Positions 42,037 to 51,438 are shown, counted from the first letter of the stretch. The stretch is DNA of 64,000 nt from an uncultured Alphaproteobacteria bacterium (GCA_944393685.1 CALYAW010000008.1:772-64771); one strand, 5' to 3'. The notes: generated by a model from the sequence alone, not told the origin. Numbers and translations: made by a program.

Positions 42037-43401
42037 TTATTTATTAAAATAATCCAATAAATAAGCTCGCAAATCAGCAGTATTAACCCTTATTTGCTCC
42101 ATCGTATCACGATCGCGAATAGTCACAGACTCAGGTTGATTTTCAATAGTCTCAAAATCGACAGTCAAACACAAGGGTGTACCGACCTCGTCATGACGAC
42201 GATAAGCCTTACCAATATTTCCAGTATTTTCCAAAGCCACGCGGCCAATACCGAGCTTAAGCAAACTCTGCTTAATTTCATGACATTTCGCCATAATTTT
42301 TTCATTATTTTTTTTCAAAGGGATAACAGCAACCTTAATCGGAGCCAAATGTTTTTTGAGTTTCAAAACAATACGGCTATTTCCACCGCCCAAATCCTCT
42401 TCTGTATAAGCCTCAGTCATCACGGCCAACACACCTCGATCAACCCCCATAGAAGGTTCAATTACGAAAGGAACCACCCATTTATTATTATCATCCATAA
42501 TACATAATTTTTGGGTTGAATCAGTATTTGGATGACAATGAGAAGTCAAGTTCATTTCATCCTGAGCTTTAGTATGATTTCCCAAATCATAATCCGTACG
42601 ATTGGCAATTCCCTCCAATTCTTCCATTCCATGAGGAAACTGATATTCAATATCATAACAGGCTTTGGCATAATGAGCCAAATCGTCTTTAGGCGTGGTG
42701 TAGATATTTATATTTTCTCTTTTCAGCCCCTGTTCTTCCCACCATTTAATTCTTTCATTTTTCCATATTTCATGCCATTTTTCATCTTCTCCTGGCATAA
42801 CAAAATATTCCAGCTCTGCTTGTTCAAATTCCCTGACACGAAAGATAAAATTACGCGGTGTAATTTCATTTCGAAAAGACTTACCGATCTGAGCAATACC
42901 GAAAGGCAATTTACGAGAAGTAGCATCCACTACATTTTTAAACTGAGTAAAGATAGCCTGAGCAGTTTCTGGACGCAAGTAACCAAAAGAAGAACCATCA
43001 TCAACAGGCCCAATAGCGGTCTTAAACATCAAGTTAAAAGGTCTTGGCTCTGTCAAATCCGTTGAACCGCAATTCGGACACTTTCCATCTTTAATATGGT
43101 CAGCCCGAAAACGACCTTTACATTTACGACAATCAGTCATCGGATCAGAAAAAGTATCTTCATGCCCGGAATAATGCAAAACTTTTTGATTAGTAAGGAT
43201 AGCCGCATCCAATCCTTCAATATCATCGCGCTCATACACCATTGCGCGCCACCAAGCAGCTTTAAGGTTGTTTTTGAGTTCGACACCCAGCGGACCATAA
43301 TCGTATACTCCTTGCAGACCGCCGTATATATCTGAATTTTGGAAAATAAACCCACGCCGTTTGCATAAAGAAACCAATTGATCCATAGATGTTGCAACCA
43401 T
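42037..43401 (-). CDS. glyQS: Glycine-tRNA ligase, alpha2 (single-subunit) type
   Basis: [47 protein letters not shown]; ATG 43401 after GAGGA. Confidence 0.95.
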   Translation of the reverse strand: MVATSMDQLVSLCKRRGFIFQNSDIYGGLQGVYDYGPLGVELKNNLKAAWWRAMVYERDDIEGLDAAILTNQKVLHYSGHEDTFSDPMTDCRKCKGRFRADHIKDGKCPNCGSTDLTEPRPFNLMFKTAIGPVDDGSSFGYLRPETAQAIFTQFKNVVDATSRKLPFGIAQIGKSFRNEITPRNFIFRVREFEQAELEYFVMPGEDEKWHEIWKNERIKWWEEQGLKRENINIYTTPKDDLAHYAKACYDIEYQFPHGMEELEGIANRTDYDLGNHTKAQDEMNLTSHCHPNTDSTQKLCIMDDNNKWVVPFVIEPSMGVDRGVLAVMTEAYTEEDLGGGNSRIVLKLKKHLAPIKVAVIPLKKNNEKIMAKCHEIKQSLLKLGIGRVALENTGNIGKAYRRHDEVGTPLCLTVDFETIENQPESVTIRDRDTMEQIRVNTADLRAYLLDYFNK

Positions 43402-43488
43402 TTTACAATCCTCACTGACTATGTAGTAAAAAATTAACTTATTCTTTGTATAATAACTAATTCCAAAAAGCAAGCGGAGATACTTTAA

Positions 43489-44358
43489 ATGAGCAAAAAA
43501 ACAACCAAAGTAGCTATGATATACGATTTTGACGAGACTTTAAGCGTTACCTACATGCAAGATTACATATTGATACCGTCTTTGGGCATGAAACCCGGCA
43601 CATTTTGGAAAAAAGCCAATCAATGGTCCAAAGATAATTGTGCCGACCAAGTAACCGGTAGCATGTACTATTTTTTCAAAACCGCCAAAGAAAAAGGTAT
43701 TAAGCTCACAAGAGAATATTTTAAGAATGCAGCCAAAAGCATCACCTACTTTGAAGGAGTTGAAGAATGGTTTGATAGAATAAACGAATACGGAAAAGAA
43801 AGAGATTTACAAATAGAACATTATATAGTTTCATCAGGCTACGAAGAAATTATAGCAGGATCAAGCATTCGCAAACATTTCAAGGATGTTTTTGGTTGCT
43901 CATATGCTTTTGGAGAAGATGGGACACCTGTTTGGCCAGCCAGAGTAGTCAATTATTCCACTAAAACACAATACTTATCAAAAATAAATAAAGGTCTGGG
44001 CAAGACGGAAGATCGAGCTGTAAATGAATTTATGCCAGATGAAGAGCGCCCTATACCTTTTCGACGTATGATTTATTTTGGAGACGGAATGACAGACATT
44101 CCATCTATGAAACTGACTAAGATACGCGGAGGAAACGCCATTGCGGTATACCAACCCAAAAGCAAACATAAAAAGAATGCCATAAAACTGCTCAGCGATA
44201 ATCGAGTAAACTTTGCGCTTCCGGCAGACTATAGAGCAGGTAAGCAACTAGATATTGTTGTCAAAACCATCTTAGACAAATTAGCAACCGAAAGAGATTT
44301 GGAAGAACTCCAAGCCAAAGAAGAAAAGAAAAAAATAAGCTCACTAATAAAACGATAA
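43489..44358 (+). CDS. HAD-superfamily hydrolase
   Basis: YDFDETL (DxD motif), [14 protein letters not shown]. Confidence 0.88.
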   Translation: MSKKTTKVAMIYDFDETLSVTYMQDYILIPSLGMKPGTFWKKANQWSKDNCADQVTGSMYYFFKTAKEKGIKLTREYFKNAAKSITYFEGVEEWFDRINEYGKERDLQIEHYIVSSGYEEIIAGSSIRKHFKDVFGCSYAFGEDGTPVWPARVVNYSTKTQYLSKINKGLGKTEDRAVNEFMPDEERPIPFRRMIYFGDGMTDIPSMKLTKIRGGNAIAVYQPKSKHKKNAIKLLSDNRVNFALPADYRAGKQLDIVVKTILDKLATERDLEELQAKEEKKKISSLIKR

Positions 44359-44382
44359 TCAATACATTAACGATAGCGATCA

Positions 44383-45258
44383 CTAAAACAATTTAACAAT
44401 TTCTGTAAAAGCAGCTGCCACTCCAAACATAAGATTGGAGGCAGCTTTTTTATGTTCACGATCCTCTGCCCTGAAATAAGATATATAAGGTTCAAGAAAG
44501 AATTTATTTCGCATCATAACATTCAACTTTGCGATGGTAAAAAATTCATATCTAAAATCAGTTGATTCATAGCGAGAATAGCTAAGATAATCCCGATAAT
44601 AACACTCCAACTCAAAGCGATATTTTTGCGCAAAAGGATGTTTATAAGTAAAACCTATTTGCCAAGCTGTTTTTGTATCTTCATTTGCATAGGTAAAATC
44701 AAGTTCTTCCAGAGCAAGCAAATGAAAATCAGTCAATCCTTCAGTTCCATTTATCATCTTTAAACCCTGCATAGATTGTACAACTTTTCTCCTGTTAACA
44801 TCCGTGTCAGAAGTAAATTCCGTTAGATAAGAAATATTGACTAAAGGTCCTAAAACAGCTGAATTATCAAAATGCCAAATTTTATAGATATATTCACTAG
44901 TCAACCGCAGCTCATCTGCATTTTCCGTATATTTCTTTTTACCAGGATTTCCATAAATACGGCTTTTACCATATTCGGCATAAATCATATTATCAAACCG
45001 ATATTTTGGTTTCTCATACTCAAAAGCAAAATCAAACACACCTTTTAATACCCCTTGAGTATTCCTATTTATTTCCGAATAAGGAGAGTTTTCATATTCT
45101 TGATAATTACTAACTTTAGTAGTTGCCAGATCAAACCCAACGCGCTTAAAATTAGCATACAACCCCTCAATCTCATATGCATGCGCAGCAGAAACATAAA
45201 GTCCGATCCAAGCAACAATAATCCCCCGCTCAAACGACACAAGAAAATTTCTCAACAT
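44383..45258 (-). CDS. Probable outer-membrane beta-barrel protein
   Basis: Signal peptide, aromatic-rich alternating strands, terminal Phe. Confidence 0.6.
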   Translation of the reverse strand: MLRNFLVSFERGIIVAWIGLYVSAAHAYEIEGLYANFKRVGFDLATTKVSNYQEYENSPYSEINRNTQGVLKGVFDFAFEYEKPKYRFDNMIYAEYGKSRIYGNPGKKKYTENADELRLTSEYIYKIWHFDNSAVLGPLVNISYLTEFTSDTDVNRRKVVQSMQGLKMINGTEGLTDFHLLALEELDFTYANEDTKTAWQIGFTYKHPFAQKYRFELECYYRDYLSYSRYESTDFRYEFFTIAKLNVMMRNKFFLEPYISYFRAEDREHKKAASNLMFGVAAAFTEIVKLF

Positions 45259-45522
45259 CTACCTCTCCTTGATTTAGACATTATTTAAGAATTACAATTA
45301 TTTATTCAAGGGAATTAATAAAAGAAGGTATTAATATATTATCAAAAGACTTAAACAGGAAGGAATACAAGCAGTAAAGAATAAAGAGTAATGAGATAAA
45401 GATAAACGCCCCAACTGGAAGTAAAGGCGATAATAACATTTCAAATAGAAAAAAATATAAAAACAGAAAAAAAAGACTTGCGTTTATATTTTTTTTATTC
45501 TACATATATCAGAGCAAAAGAA

Positions 45523-45597
45523 TGGGGTGTCGCCAAGTGGTAAGGCAACGGTTTTTGGTATCGTCATTCGTTGGTTCGAATCCAGCCACCCCAGCCA
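45523..45597 (+). tRNA. tRNA-Gln(TTG), probable integration site
   Basis: tggggtgtcgccaagtggtaaggcaacggtttTTGgtatcgtcattcgttggttcgaatccagccaccccagcca cloverleaf. Confidence 0.96.
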
Positions 45598-45607
45598 AGC
45601 AAAATGA

Positions 45608-45635
45608 GAAGCCATTGATTTTCAATGGCTTTTTT
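45608..45635 (+). terminator. Terminator after tRNA-Gln
   Basis: aagccattga-ttt-tcaatggctt followed by a T-run. Confidence 0.7.
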
Positions 45636-45705
45636 CTTTAGAAAAAGCCTTCAAATGTCGGGAAATGCCCTTTTGTAACATCTGAGACAGTTGGGTGAGA
45701 CAGTC

Positions 45706-47526
45706 ATGGCCTTAAAACAAAATCATTTGGAACGCAGAAATCACACCTATTATTTCCGCTATTGGATACCCAAATCACTCCAACCTTTCTTCAAAAAAAC
45801 GCACGTTAGGTATTCTTTAAACACTAATGATTACAATATAGCCATCCTGCTATTGAAGCGAGAAACTTTTAAGTTTGATACGTTAATCAATGATTTGGAA
45901 CGGCTGCTGATGGAAATAAAAAACAACAAACTCATTCTTTCCGATGACGATATCGAAAATATCGTTGCCAGCCGCATTAAAGAGATTCAAAACAAGTTAG
46001 ACGATTCTTATTTTCAAATTAAAAATAATCAGCTCTCGGTACATGAGCTTGATATCACTATGCTCAGCCGCTCGGATTATGAACATTCCGATAGTTATGG
46101 TTCTTATGAAGATTTTAAGGATGAGCAAGTTGTCAGCTTTGTAAAGAAATATATCACTTCGCTCAAACAAAACAAACGTATTCCCCCTTCGGTATTTGAT
46201 TTCTTAAAACGAACCGTTAAAAAGAACGCGGTTGAACCTGAGCCCAATCAAAGACCGGAATGGCTGGATAAGCTGGAAAATCATTTGGCTCTGGCCGATG
46301 ATTATGCTCTGAACAGAGCCAATGCCATTCAAACCGACAACCGCAATTTCTACATTCCGGCAGTCATTGAGCGTTGCTTAAGTTATATAGAAGAAGAAAG
46401 AACCGCCAATACCGTTCGTTCGCCGCAAATTAAAACACATTGGAAGACTCTGTTTGAAAAATTCAGAGAATATAAGAAAAATGTCAAAGGAACCGGCGAT
46501 AACACTTTATATCAAGATGAAACCTGTCTGGATGTGGTGTTCAGTTTGGTTAATAAGAAATATGTTGAAAATTTAACCGCTAAAGACTGTGATACGATTT
46601 CAACCAAAATCTATTATGTGCCACGCGGTTGGAAGAAGATGAGTGCTTCCAAACACAAAAAGCTAACCGATATGCTTTTGCCCGAGATTGGTGATAAGAC
46701 CATGTCCACCACCACGGTCAAACGCTACTTACGCGTATTCAAAGAATTTTTAACCTACGCCCAGAGAAAAGGTTATGTCAGTGCGGACTTAAACGTTCAG
46801 ATAGAAATTCCGGTCAAAGATAGCCGCCAAAGCTATGACCGCTTTACCAAAGCCAAGTTATTGAAGATATTTAATCCTGAATATTATCCCTATCCGGAAG
46901 ATGAAAACTTTGCCTATCGCTACTTTATTCCGCTAATGGCCTTATACAGCGGTGCTCGTCTGAACGAATTATGCCAACTTTATTGCGATGACATCAAAAA
47001 AGAAAACAATATTTATTATATGATTTTTACAGATGAACGTCCCGACCAACATTTGAAAAATAAGGTTTCTAAAAGAATTGTGCCGATTCATCCCAAAATT
47101 ATTGAAATGGGCTTTTTAGATTATTTGCTTTCGGTGAAATCCAAACGCAAACAACGCGTATTTTATCAGCTTACTTACGCTCAATATAATCACTATGCCG
47201 ATAAAATGTCCAAATGGTTTGGCAGATATTTAGAAAGCATAGGTATCAGCGGCAAGAGAAAAGTCTTTCACAGCTTTCGCCATACGGTAAAACCGGAACT
47301 CCGCGATGCCAATGTCGGCAGAGAATATCAAAACGCTATTTGCGGATGGGAAGGTATTGATACCGGTGAAAGAGTATATGGCAGCAATTTCCCGATTGAA
47401 ATCCTTTATAACGAAATCTGCAAATTGCAATATCCGTATTTGGATGAAAACTTAAAGAAAATCAAAGCCCGCGTCCCCTCACCCCGCCAAAGACTAAGAA
47501 TGCGTCTTTATGGTGATAAAGCGTAG
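45706..47526 (+). CDS. Tyrosine integrase with DUF6538-like N-terminus
   Basis: YYFRYWIPKSL…SLNT; catalytic SGARLNE, HLKN, FHSFRH, ICGW, RVYG. Confidence 0.9.
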   Translation: MALKQNHLERRNHTYYFRYWIPKSLQPFFKKTHVRYSLNTNDYNIAILLLKRETFKFDTLINDLERLLMEIKNNKLILSDDDIENIVASRIKEIQNKLDDSYFQIKNNQLSVHELDITMLSRSDYEHSDSYGSYEDFKDEQVVSFVKKYITSLKQNKRIPPSVFDFLKRTVKKNAVEPEPNQRPEWLDKLENHLALADDYALNRANAIQTDNRNFYIPAVIERCLSYIEEERTANTVRSPQIKTHWKTLFEKFREYKKNVKGTGDNTLYQDETCLDVVFSLVNKKYVENLTAKDCDTISTKIYYVPRGWKKMSASKHKKLTDMLLPEIGDKTMSTTTVKRYLRVFKEFLTYAQRKGYVSADLNVQIEIPVKDSRQSYDRFTKAKLLKIFNPEYYPYPEDENFAYRYFIPLMALYSGARLNELCQLYCDDIKKENNIYYMIFTDERPDQHLKNKVSKRIVPIHPKIIEMGFLDYLLSVKSKRKQRVFYQLTYAQYNHYADKMSKWFGRYLESIGISGKRKVFHSFRHTVKPELRDANVGREYQNAICGWEGIDTGERVYGSNFPIEILYNEICKLQYPYLDENLKKIKARVPSPRQRLRMRLYGDKA

Positions 47527-47541
47527 AAAGAAAGTAGTTCA

Positions 47542-48327
47542 ATGCAAAAGCATAAAGAAGAAGAAAAAGAAATTTTAAATTATTTTCTATCAACTCCAAT
47601 GGGAAAAAGATGGTATAACAAACTCAATGTAAAAGAAACTATAGAAACAGAAAGCCCTGATTTTATTTTTCTTACTCAAACAGGAAAAAAAATTGGCTTA
47701 GAAGTAACAAAATTTCTTGTTAAAAGCAAACATCGGCGTGCTCTGCAAGCATTGAAAAATACAGGAAATAAAATCTGTAATTATTCCCTAAAACATCATA
47801 ATTTACCATTATCAATAATTATTGATAAATTTGATAAAAGGATTCACCAAGGAAGAACAAAGAAAGACCTTCTTGATGCCGTATATAATCCTGGATTTAT
47901 TGATATATTCAACGAAAAAGAAATAAAGGCTCAAATTGAACCATTTATTGATGATAACGTAGAAAAATTAAAAAAATTTCCTAGATTAGTAAAAAAGTGG
48001 GTCAAAGTTAATGATGAATTTTTATGTTTTACAATTTCAGGTTTCCCCAATATTGATGGGCAGTACGACTGCTTCGTTAACAACGAATGCTTTAGTTTAG
48101 AAGACCCTTTTGAACAATTACAACAAACAATAGATAACAAAAATGAAAAATACAATACTTTTATAAAGAAATGTGACGAGTGCAATTTGTTAGTTTTCAA
48201 TCCGAGTGTATCTGAAGGGAATTACTGTCATTTTACCAATAAAATAAAGCAACATAAATTTATATCAAAATATAAACAGACTTTTTTCTGTGGAGCTTAT
48301 ACTCCGTCTTGTATCAACCTAAAATAA
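47542..48327 (+). CDS. Hypothetical protein with PD-(D/E)XK-like motif
   Basis: ESPDF…IGLEVT near the N-terminus. Confidence 0.55.
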   Translation: MQKHKEEEKEILNYFLSTPMGKRWYNKLNVKETIETESPDFIFLTQTGKKIGLEVTKFLVKSKHRRALQALKNTGNKICNYSLKHHNLPLSIIIDKFDKRIHQGRTKKDLLDAVYNPGFIDIFNEKEIKAQIEPFIDDNVEKLKKFPRLVKKWVKVNDEFLCFTISGFPNIDGQYDCFVNNECFSLEDPFEQLQQTIDNKNEKYNTFIKKCDECNLLVFNPSVSEGNYCHFTNKIKQHKFISKYKQTFFCGAYTPSCINLK

Positions 48328-48375
48328 TTCACCCCTTAAATTGTTCCCTAAAAATAACAACAAAACAGGAAAATA

Positions 48376-49680
48376 CTATTTCTTAGTCAAAGCATCTTCT
48401 TTGTACTTTTTAATTATATCATTCTTATTCTTCTGATCGATAATATCCATAGATCTTTTAATCCCCAATCTCTGTCTGCATTCCGCCGCCGATGAATTTT
48501 TAATTTTTTCTTGATATTTATTAAAGAACGCGAACATTTCTTTATCTATCTCTGCATCTAAAGCATTAAATTCATTTTTAGCGTGACAAAATGAGTAATG
48601 ATGAGACCAGCCTGTTATTTTTCCATTTACAGTATTTAGCGTTTCAAAAAAACTTTTCCTTTTTATTGCTTTATCATTCAAAGCATCTGTTAGCAAATTA
48701 CGTATTTCTGTTTTTATTTTGTTAAAAGCTTTTTGAGTAGGTTTTATCCGACATTTTGAAATATCAACACCTAAATATTCGATACAATTTTTTGCAAGAT
48801 TAACACAATCTTTTGTTGTTTTATTTACAGAAATACCCAGCCCCAAAGCTTCCAAATCAGGCACTAATTGTTCTAAAAAAGCCTTTTCAACATCTTCTTT
48901 CGTTTTACCTAAGATAATAACATCATCTATATATCTAAGATAGGTAATATTTGAATTTGAAAGCATTTTCAAATCTAAATCATACAAATAAATATTACCA
49001 AACAACGGTGATAAACAACTTCCTTGAGGAACTCCTTCTTCCGTATAAATATACTGGTAATACAAGTCTTCTCTATCTTTGATTGTATCTAAATTAGAAA
49101 CCTCTAACTGAATAGCATTTTTTAACAATTTCATAAAATCATCATCATGACAAAATTCAGCAATCCTATTTAAAACGCTATCACTCTTAATTTTAGTAAA
49201 AAATGATTTAATATCAGTTGCTTTTGCAAAAATATGCCCTTTATCTCTAAGAGAACAATATATTGTCTTTACTGCCATAGCCACATTTTTCTTTCTAAGG
49301 CCACCATAGCTCGCATCACAATTAAAATATTTTTGCATTTTAGCATGATTTTGTAAGATATCTAACAAACACTTTTGTACAATTCTACCTTCAACCGTAT
49401 TTAGGTTAACAACAGGCCTTTCACTTTTTTTGTCTTTCTTTTTAATTGGTGTTGCTTCTGAACTGAATTGAAAAGTATGTTGCCGCAATTGTTCTCTGAG
49501 ATTTGCCAGACTTTGTTCTATATTTTTCTGAAAATGTTCGGCCTTGCCTTTCATCTTTTCATTTTTTGATGCAGATATGCGTGCCTGAACATGCCCCCAC
49601 GCACTACGCAAATTATCCAACTTGCATAGCTCATTATAAAATTTTGTTCTTATTCGACTACATTTTTTCACTTTGGGCAC
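48376..49680 (-). CDS. Reverse transcriptase, DRT2/UG2-like
   Basis: ERPVV, GRIVQ, SYGG, DIKSFF, GVPQGSCLSPLFGNIYL, RYIDD, EYLG; 434 aa; no retron VTG motif and no endonuclease domain. RT call is firm; subclass rests on the upstream template features. Confidence 0.85.
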   Translation of the reverse strand: MPKVKKCSRIRTKFYNELCKLDNLRSAWGHVQARISASKNEKMKGKAEHFQKNIEQSLANLREQLRQHTFQFSSEATPIKKKDKKSERPVVNLNTVEGRIVQKCLLDILQNHAKMQKYFNCDASYGGLRKKNVAMAVKTIYCSLRDKGHIFAKATDIKSFFTKIKSDSVLNRIAEFCHDDDFMKLLKNAIQLEVSNLDTIKDREDLYYQYIYTEEGVPQGSCLSPLFGNIYLYDLDLKMLSNSNITYLRYIDDVIILGKTKEDVEKAFLEQLVPDLEALGLGISVNKTTKDCVNLAKNCIEYLGVDISKCRIKPTQKAFNKIKTEIRNLLTDALNDKAIKRKSFFETLNTVNGKITGWSHHYSFCHAKNEFNALDAEIDKEMFAFFNKYQEKIKNSSAAECRQRLGIKRSMDIIDQKNKNDIIKKYKEDALTKK

Positions 49681-49698
49681 TCAGCAGCTCTCTCAAAC

Positions 49699-49974
49699 CT
49701 ATTCATGAAGGGGGACTGTAGCTTCAATTGGTGTAGTAGATATTATCTCTAGACCTATGTCAAGTTCTTGGACTTGTGTCCTTGTTCTTGACTTCTCGGA
49801 TGTATTGACGGCTTGGGATATTTGGCTTCCTTCTGCTGTCTCTTTCCTTATTGAAACAGTCAAACTCTTTGCAAAGCGTTTCTTCTTTCGAAGTTGTGCT
49901 TTCAACTCTAAGATTCCGGAAATCTTTATTAGACAAAATTTCCAAAACAATTCTTTTGTTTGCTTTAATTTCAT
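49699..49974 (-). CDS. 91-aa ORF containing one in-frame copy of the 120-nt template unit
   Basis: RBS GGAGGT 6 nt before the ATG; extended -10 TGtTAAACT (49993-50001) and TTGACT (50014-50019) upstream. Confidence 0.55.
   Translation of the reverse strand: MKLKQTKELFWKFCLIKISGILELKAQLRKKKRFAKSLTVSIRKETAEGSQISQAVNTSEKSRTRTQVQELDIGLEIISTTPIEATVPLHE
49714..49856. repeat. 143-bp perfect direct repeat, copy 1 (RT-proximal)
   Basis: gactgtagcttcaattgg…tttccttattgaaa, identical base for base to 50140-50282. Confidence 0.97.
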
Positions 49975-50044
49975 TTCTTTACCTCCAACTTGAGTTTAAC
50001 ACTTTTTGTTTTTAGTCAAGAACAAAATTTCAAGCTTCATTTCT

Positions 50045-50291
50045 CGCCAGCTTATCTCCAACTTCAAAGAAAATCTAGCAACCGCCTGCTGAGTTCCACT
50101 TCTGGATTGAGATACGGTTCTCTTCTTTATGAATAGGCTGACTGTAGCTTCAATTGGTGTAGTAGATATTATCTCTAGACCTATGTCAAGTTCTTGGACT
50201 TGTGTCCTTGTTCTTGACTTCTCGGATGTATTGACGGCTTGGGATATTTGGCTTCCTTCTGCTGTCTCTTTCCTTATTGAAAACTACTGGC
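50045..50291 (-). ncRNA. Putative DRT2-type template ncRNA (boundaries approximate)
   Basis: Promoter TTGAAT-N16-CATAAT upstream; ACA motifs 120 nt apart (50263-65 and 50143-45); 5' GCCAG can pair with CTGGC at 50046-50. Confidence 0.6.
50140..50282. repeat. 143-bp perfect direct repeat, copy 2 (RT-distal)
   Basis: Identical to 49714-49856, offset 426 bp. Confidence 0.97.
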
Positions 50292-50295
50292 TTTA

Positions 50296-50323
50296 ATTAT
50301 GCATAAAAAATTTGGATATTCAA
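50296..50323 (-). promoter_or_regulatory. Candidate promoter of the RT-associated RNA
   Basis: Minus strand TTGAAT-N16-CATAAT. Confidence 0.5.
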
Positions 50324-50567
50324 TAAAAAATGTTAAAGAACATACCTTTTTTAACATTTTCTTTGAAATGCTTGGAATTGCTAGGGATTTTATTTAAGCC
50401 TCTAGGGTGGCAAGGTAAAAATGTTAAACTTTGTTAGTTTTAATAACTTTTCTTAACATTTTGCCCTTTTATTTGATTTGGTATCAGTTCATTCAAGAAG
50501 CTTATTCTTCCCTAATACCCCTAGTTTTAATTTTTGAAATTTTGATTTTTTTAATTTTACTCAAAAG

Positions 50568-50601
50568 AAAAAGCCTTACAAAAAAATGTAAGGCTTTTTT
50601 T
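50568..50601 (-). terminator. Terminator after the small recombinase
   Basis: aaaagccttaca/tgtaaggctttt inverted repeat. Confidence 0.65.
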
Positions 50602-50620
50602 ACTTGGAGTTGATTTGATA

Positions 50621-51250
50621 TCACACTCTTGCATTTTCAACCGCATTTGCGAGCATATGTTCATTATAATTAAAATATCTTTGCGTGGTTGAGATGTTTT
50701 TATGATTAGCCAGCTTTTGCACCAAACAGATATTCACGCCGGAATTTACCAATTTTGATACAAACAAATGTCGGCCGAGGTGGCTGGCTCCTTTTATGCT
50801 GAATTTGCGATAAACGGAACTAAACAAACGGCTGATACTCACGCGATTGTAGGGTTTGTTTTGCTTTTGCGATGTAAATAAATAGCTCTCTTGGTTCAAA
50901 TTGCTTCGTGTTTGTTGCAGATACTTCAAATATTCGGCAAATTCCTTCTTAATCTGCGAGTTCAAATAGTAGGAACATTTATTTTTGCCTTTGTTCTTGT
51001 CATAATCTAGGCAAATGGCGTCTTTGACTTTCAGGGTTTCGGTATAAACATCCTTAACCTGAAGATAACAAAAATTGATAGAACGCATACCGTTCAGCGA
51101 GCATAAAAACATCATCCGGATTTGTTCGGCGTGTTTCATTCCGCTGATATAGGTCAAAATATCTTTAATTTTCTTATCATCTACAAAAACGTCATTTACC
51201 ATTGATTTTACTCTTTTTAACTTATTTATACTCATTTTGAAAGGAGACAT
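50621..51250 (-). CDS. Small tyrosine recombinase (catalytic domain only)
   Basis: NGMRS, KNKG, SHLGRH, LANHKNISTTQRY; start uncertain. Confidence 0.85.
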   Translation of the reverse strand: MSPFKMSINKLKRVKSMVNDVFVDDKKIKDILTYISGMKHAEQIRMMFLCSLNGMRSINFCYLQVKDVYTETLKVKDAICLDYDKNKGKNKCSYYLNSQIKKEFAEYLKYLQQTRSNLNQESYLFTSQKQNKPYNRVSISRLFSSVYRKFSIKGASHLGRHLFVSKLVNSGVNICLVQKLANHKNISTTQRYFNYNEHMLANAVENARV

Positions 51251-51270
51251 AATAATATTGAAAGGAAATC

Positions 51271-51426
51271 CTAGTTTTTAATGATGGCTTGATAAAACAC
51301 TTTATAACTTAAACCTTGGGTCAAAATCCCCACACCGCCTTGGCATTGCCACCCGTTTTGAAGTGCCGCATTCACATATTCAATCAGATTATCCAAACTT
51401 TCCGAACATAAAATATCATATTTCAT
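51271..51426 (-). CDS. Small protein, DUF1737-like (51 aa, not in the ORF track)
   Basis: MKYDILCSESLDNLIEYVNAALQNGWQCQGGVGILTQGLSYKVFYQAIIKN*; RBS AGGAG. Confidence 0.6.
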   Translation of the reverse strand: MKYDILCSESLDNLIEYVNAALQNGWQCQGGVGILTQGLSYKVFYQAIIKN

Positions 51427-51438
51427 TTTAAATAACTC

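Noticed and set aside
48376-50282. Diversity-generating retroelement (RT plus TR/VR repeat pair)
   Set aside because: The repeats are fully identical with no adenine-specific mismatches, there is no large target gene, and the RT has PQGSCLSP rather than a DGR-type GxxxSQ motif
48376-50291. Retron or group II intron
   Set aside because: No VTG region-Y motif or clear a1/a2 msr-msd arms, and no intron domain V/VI recognised after the RT; the 120-nt ACA-bounded stop-free unit fits DRT2 better
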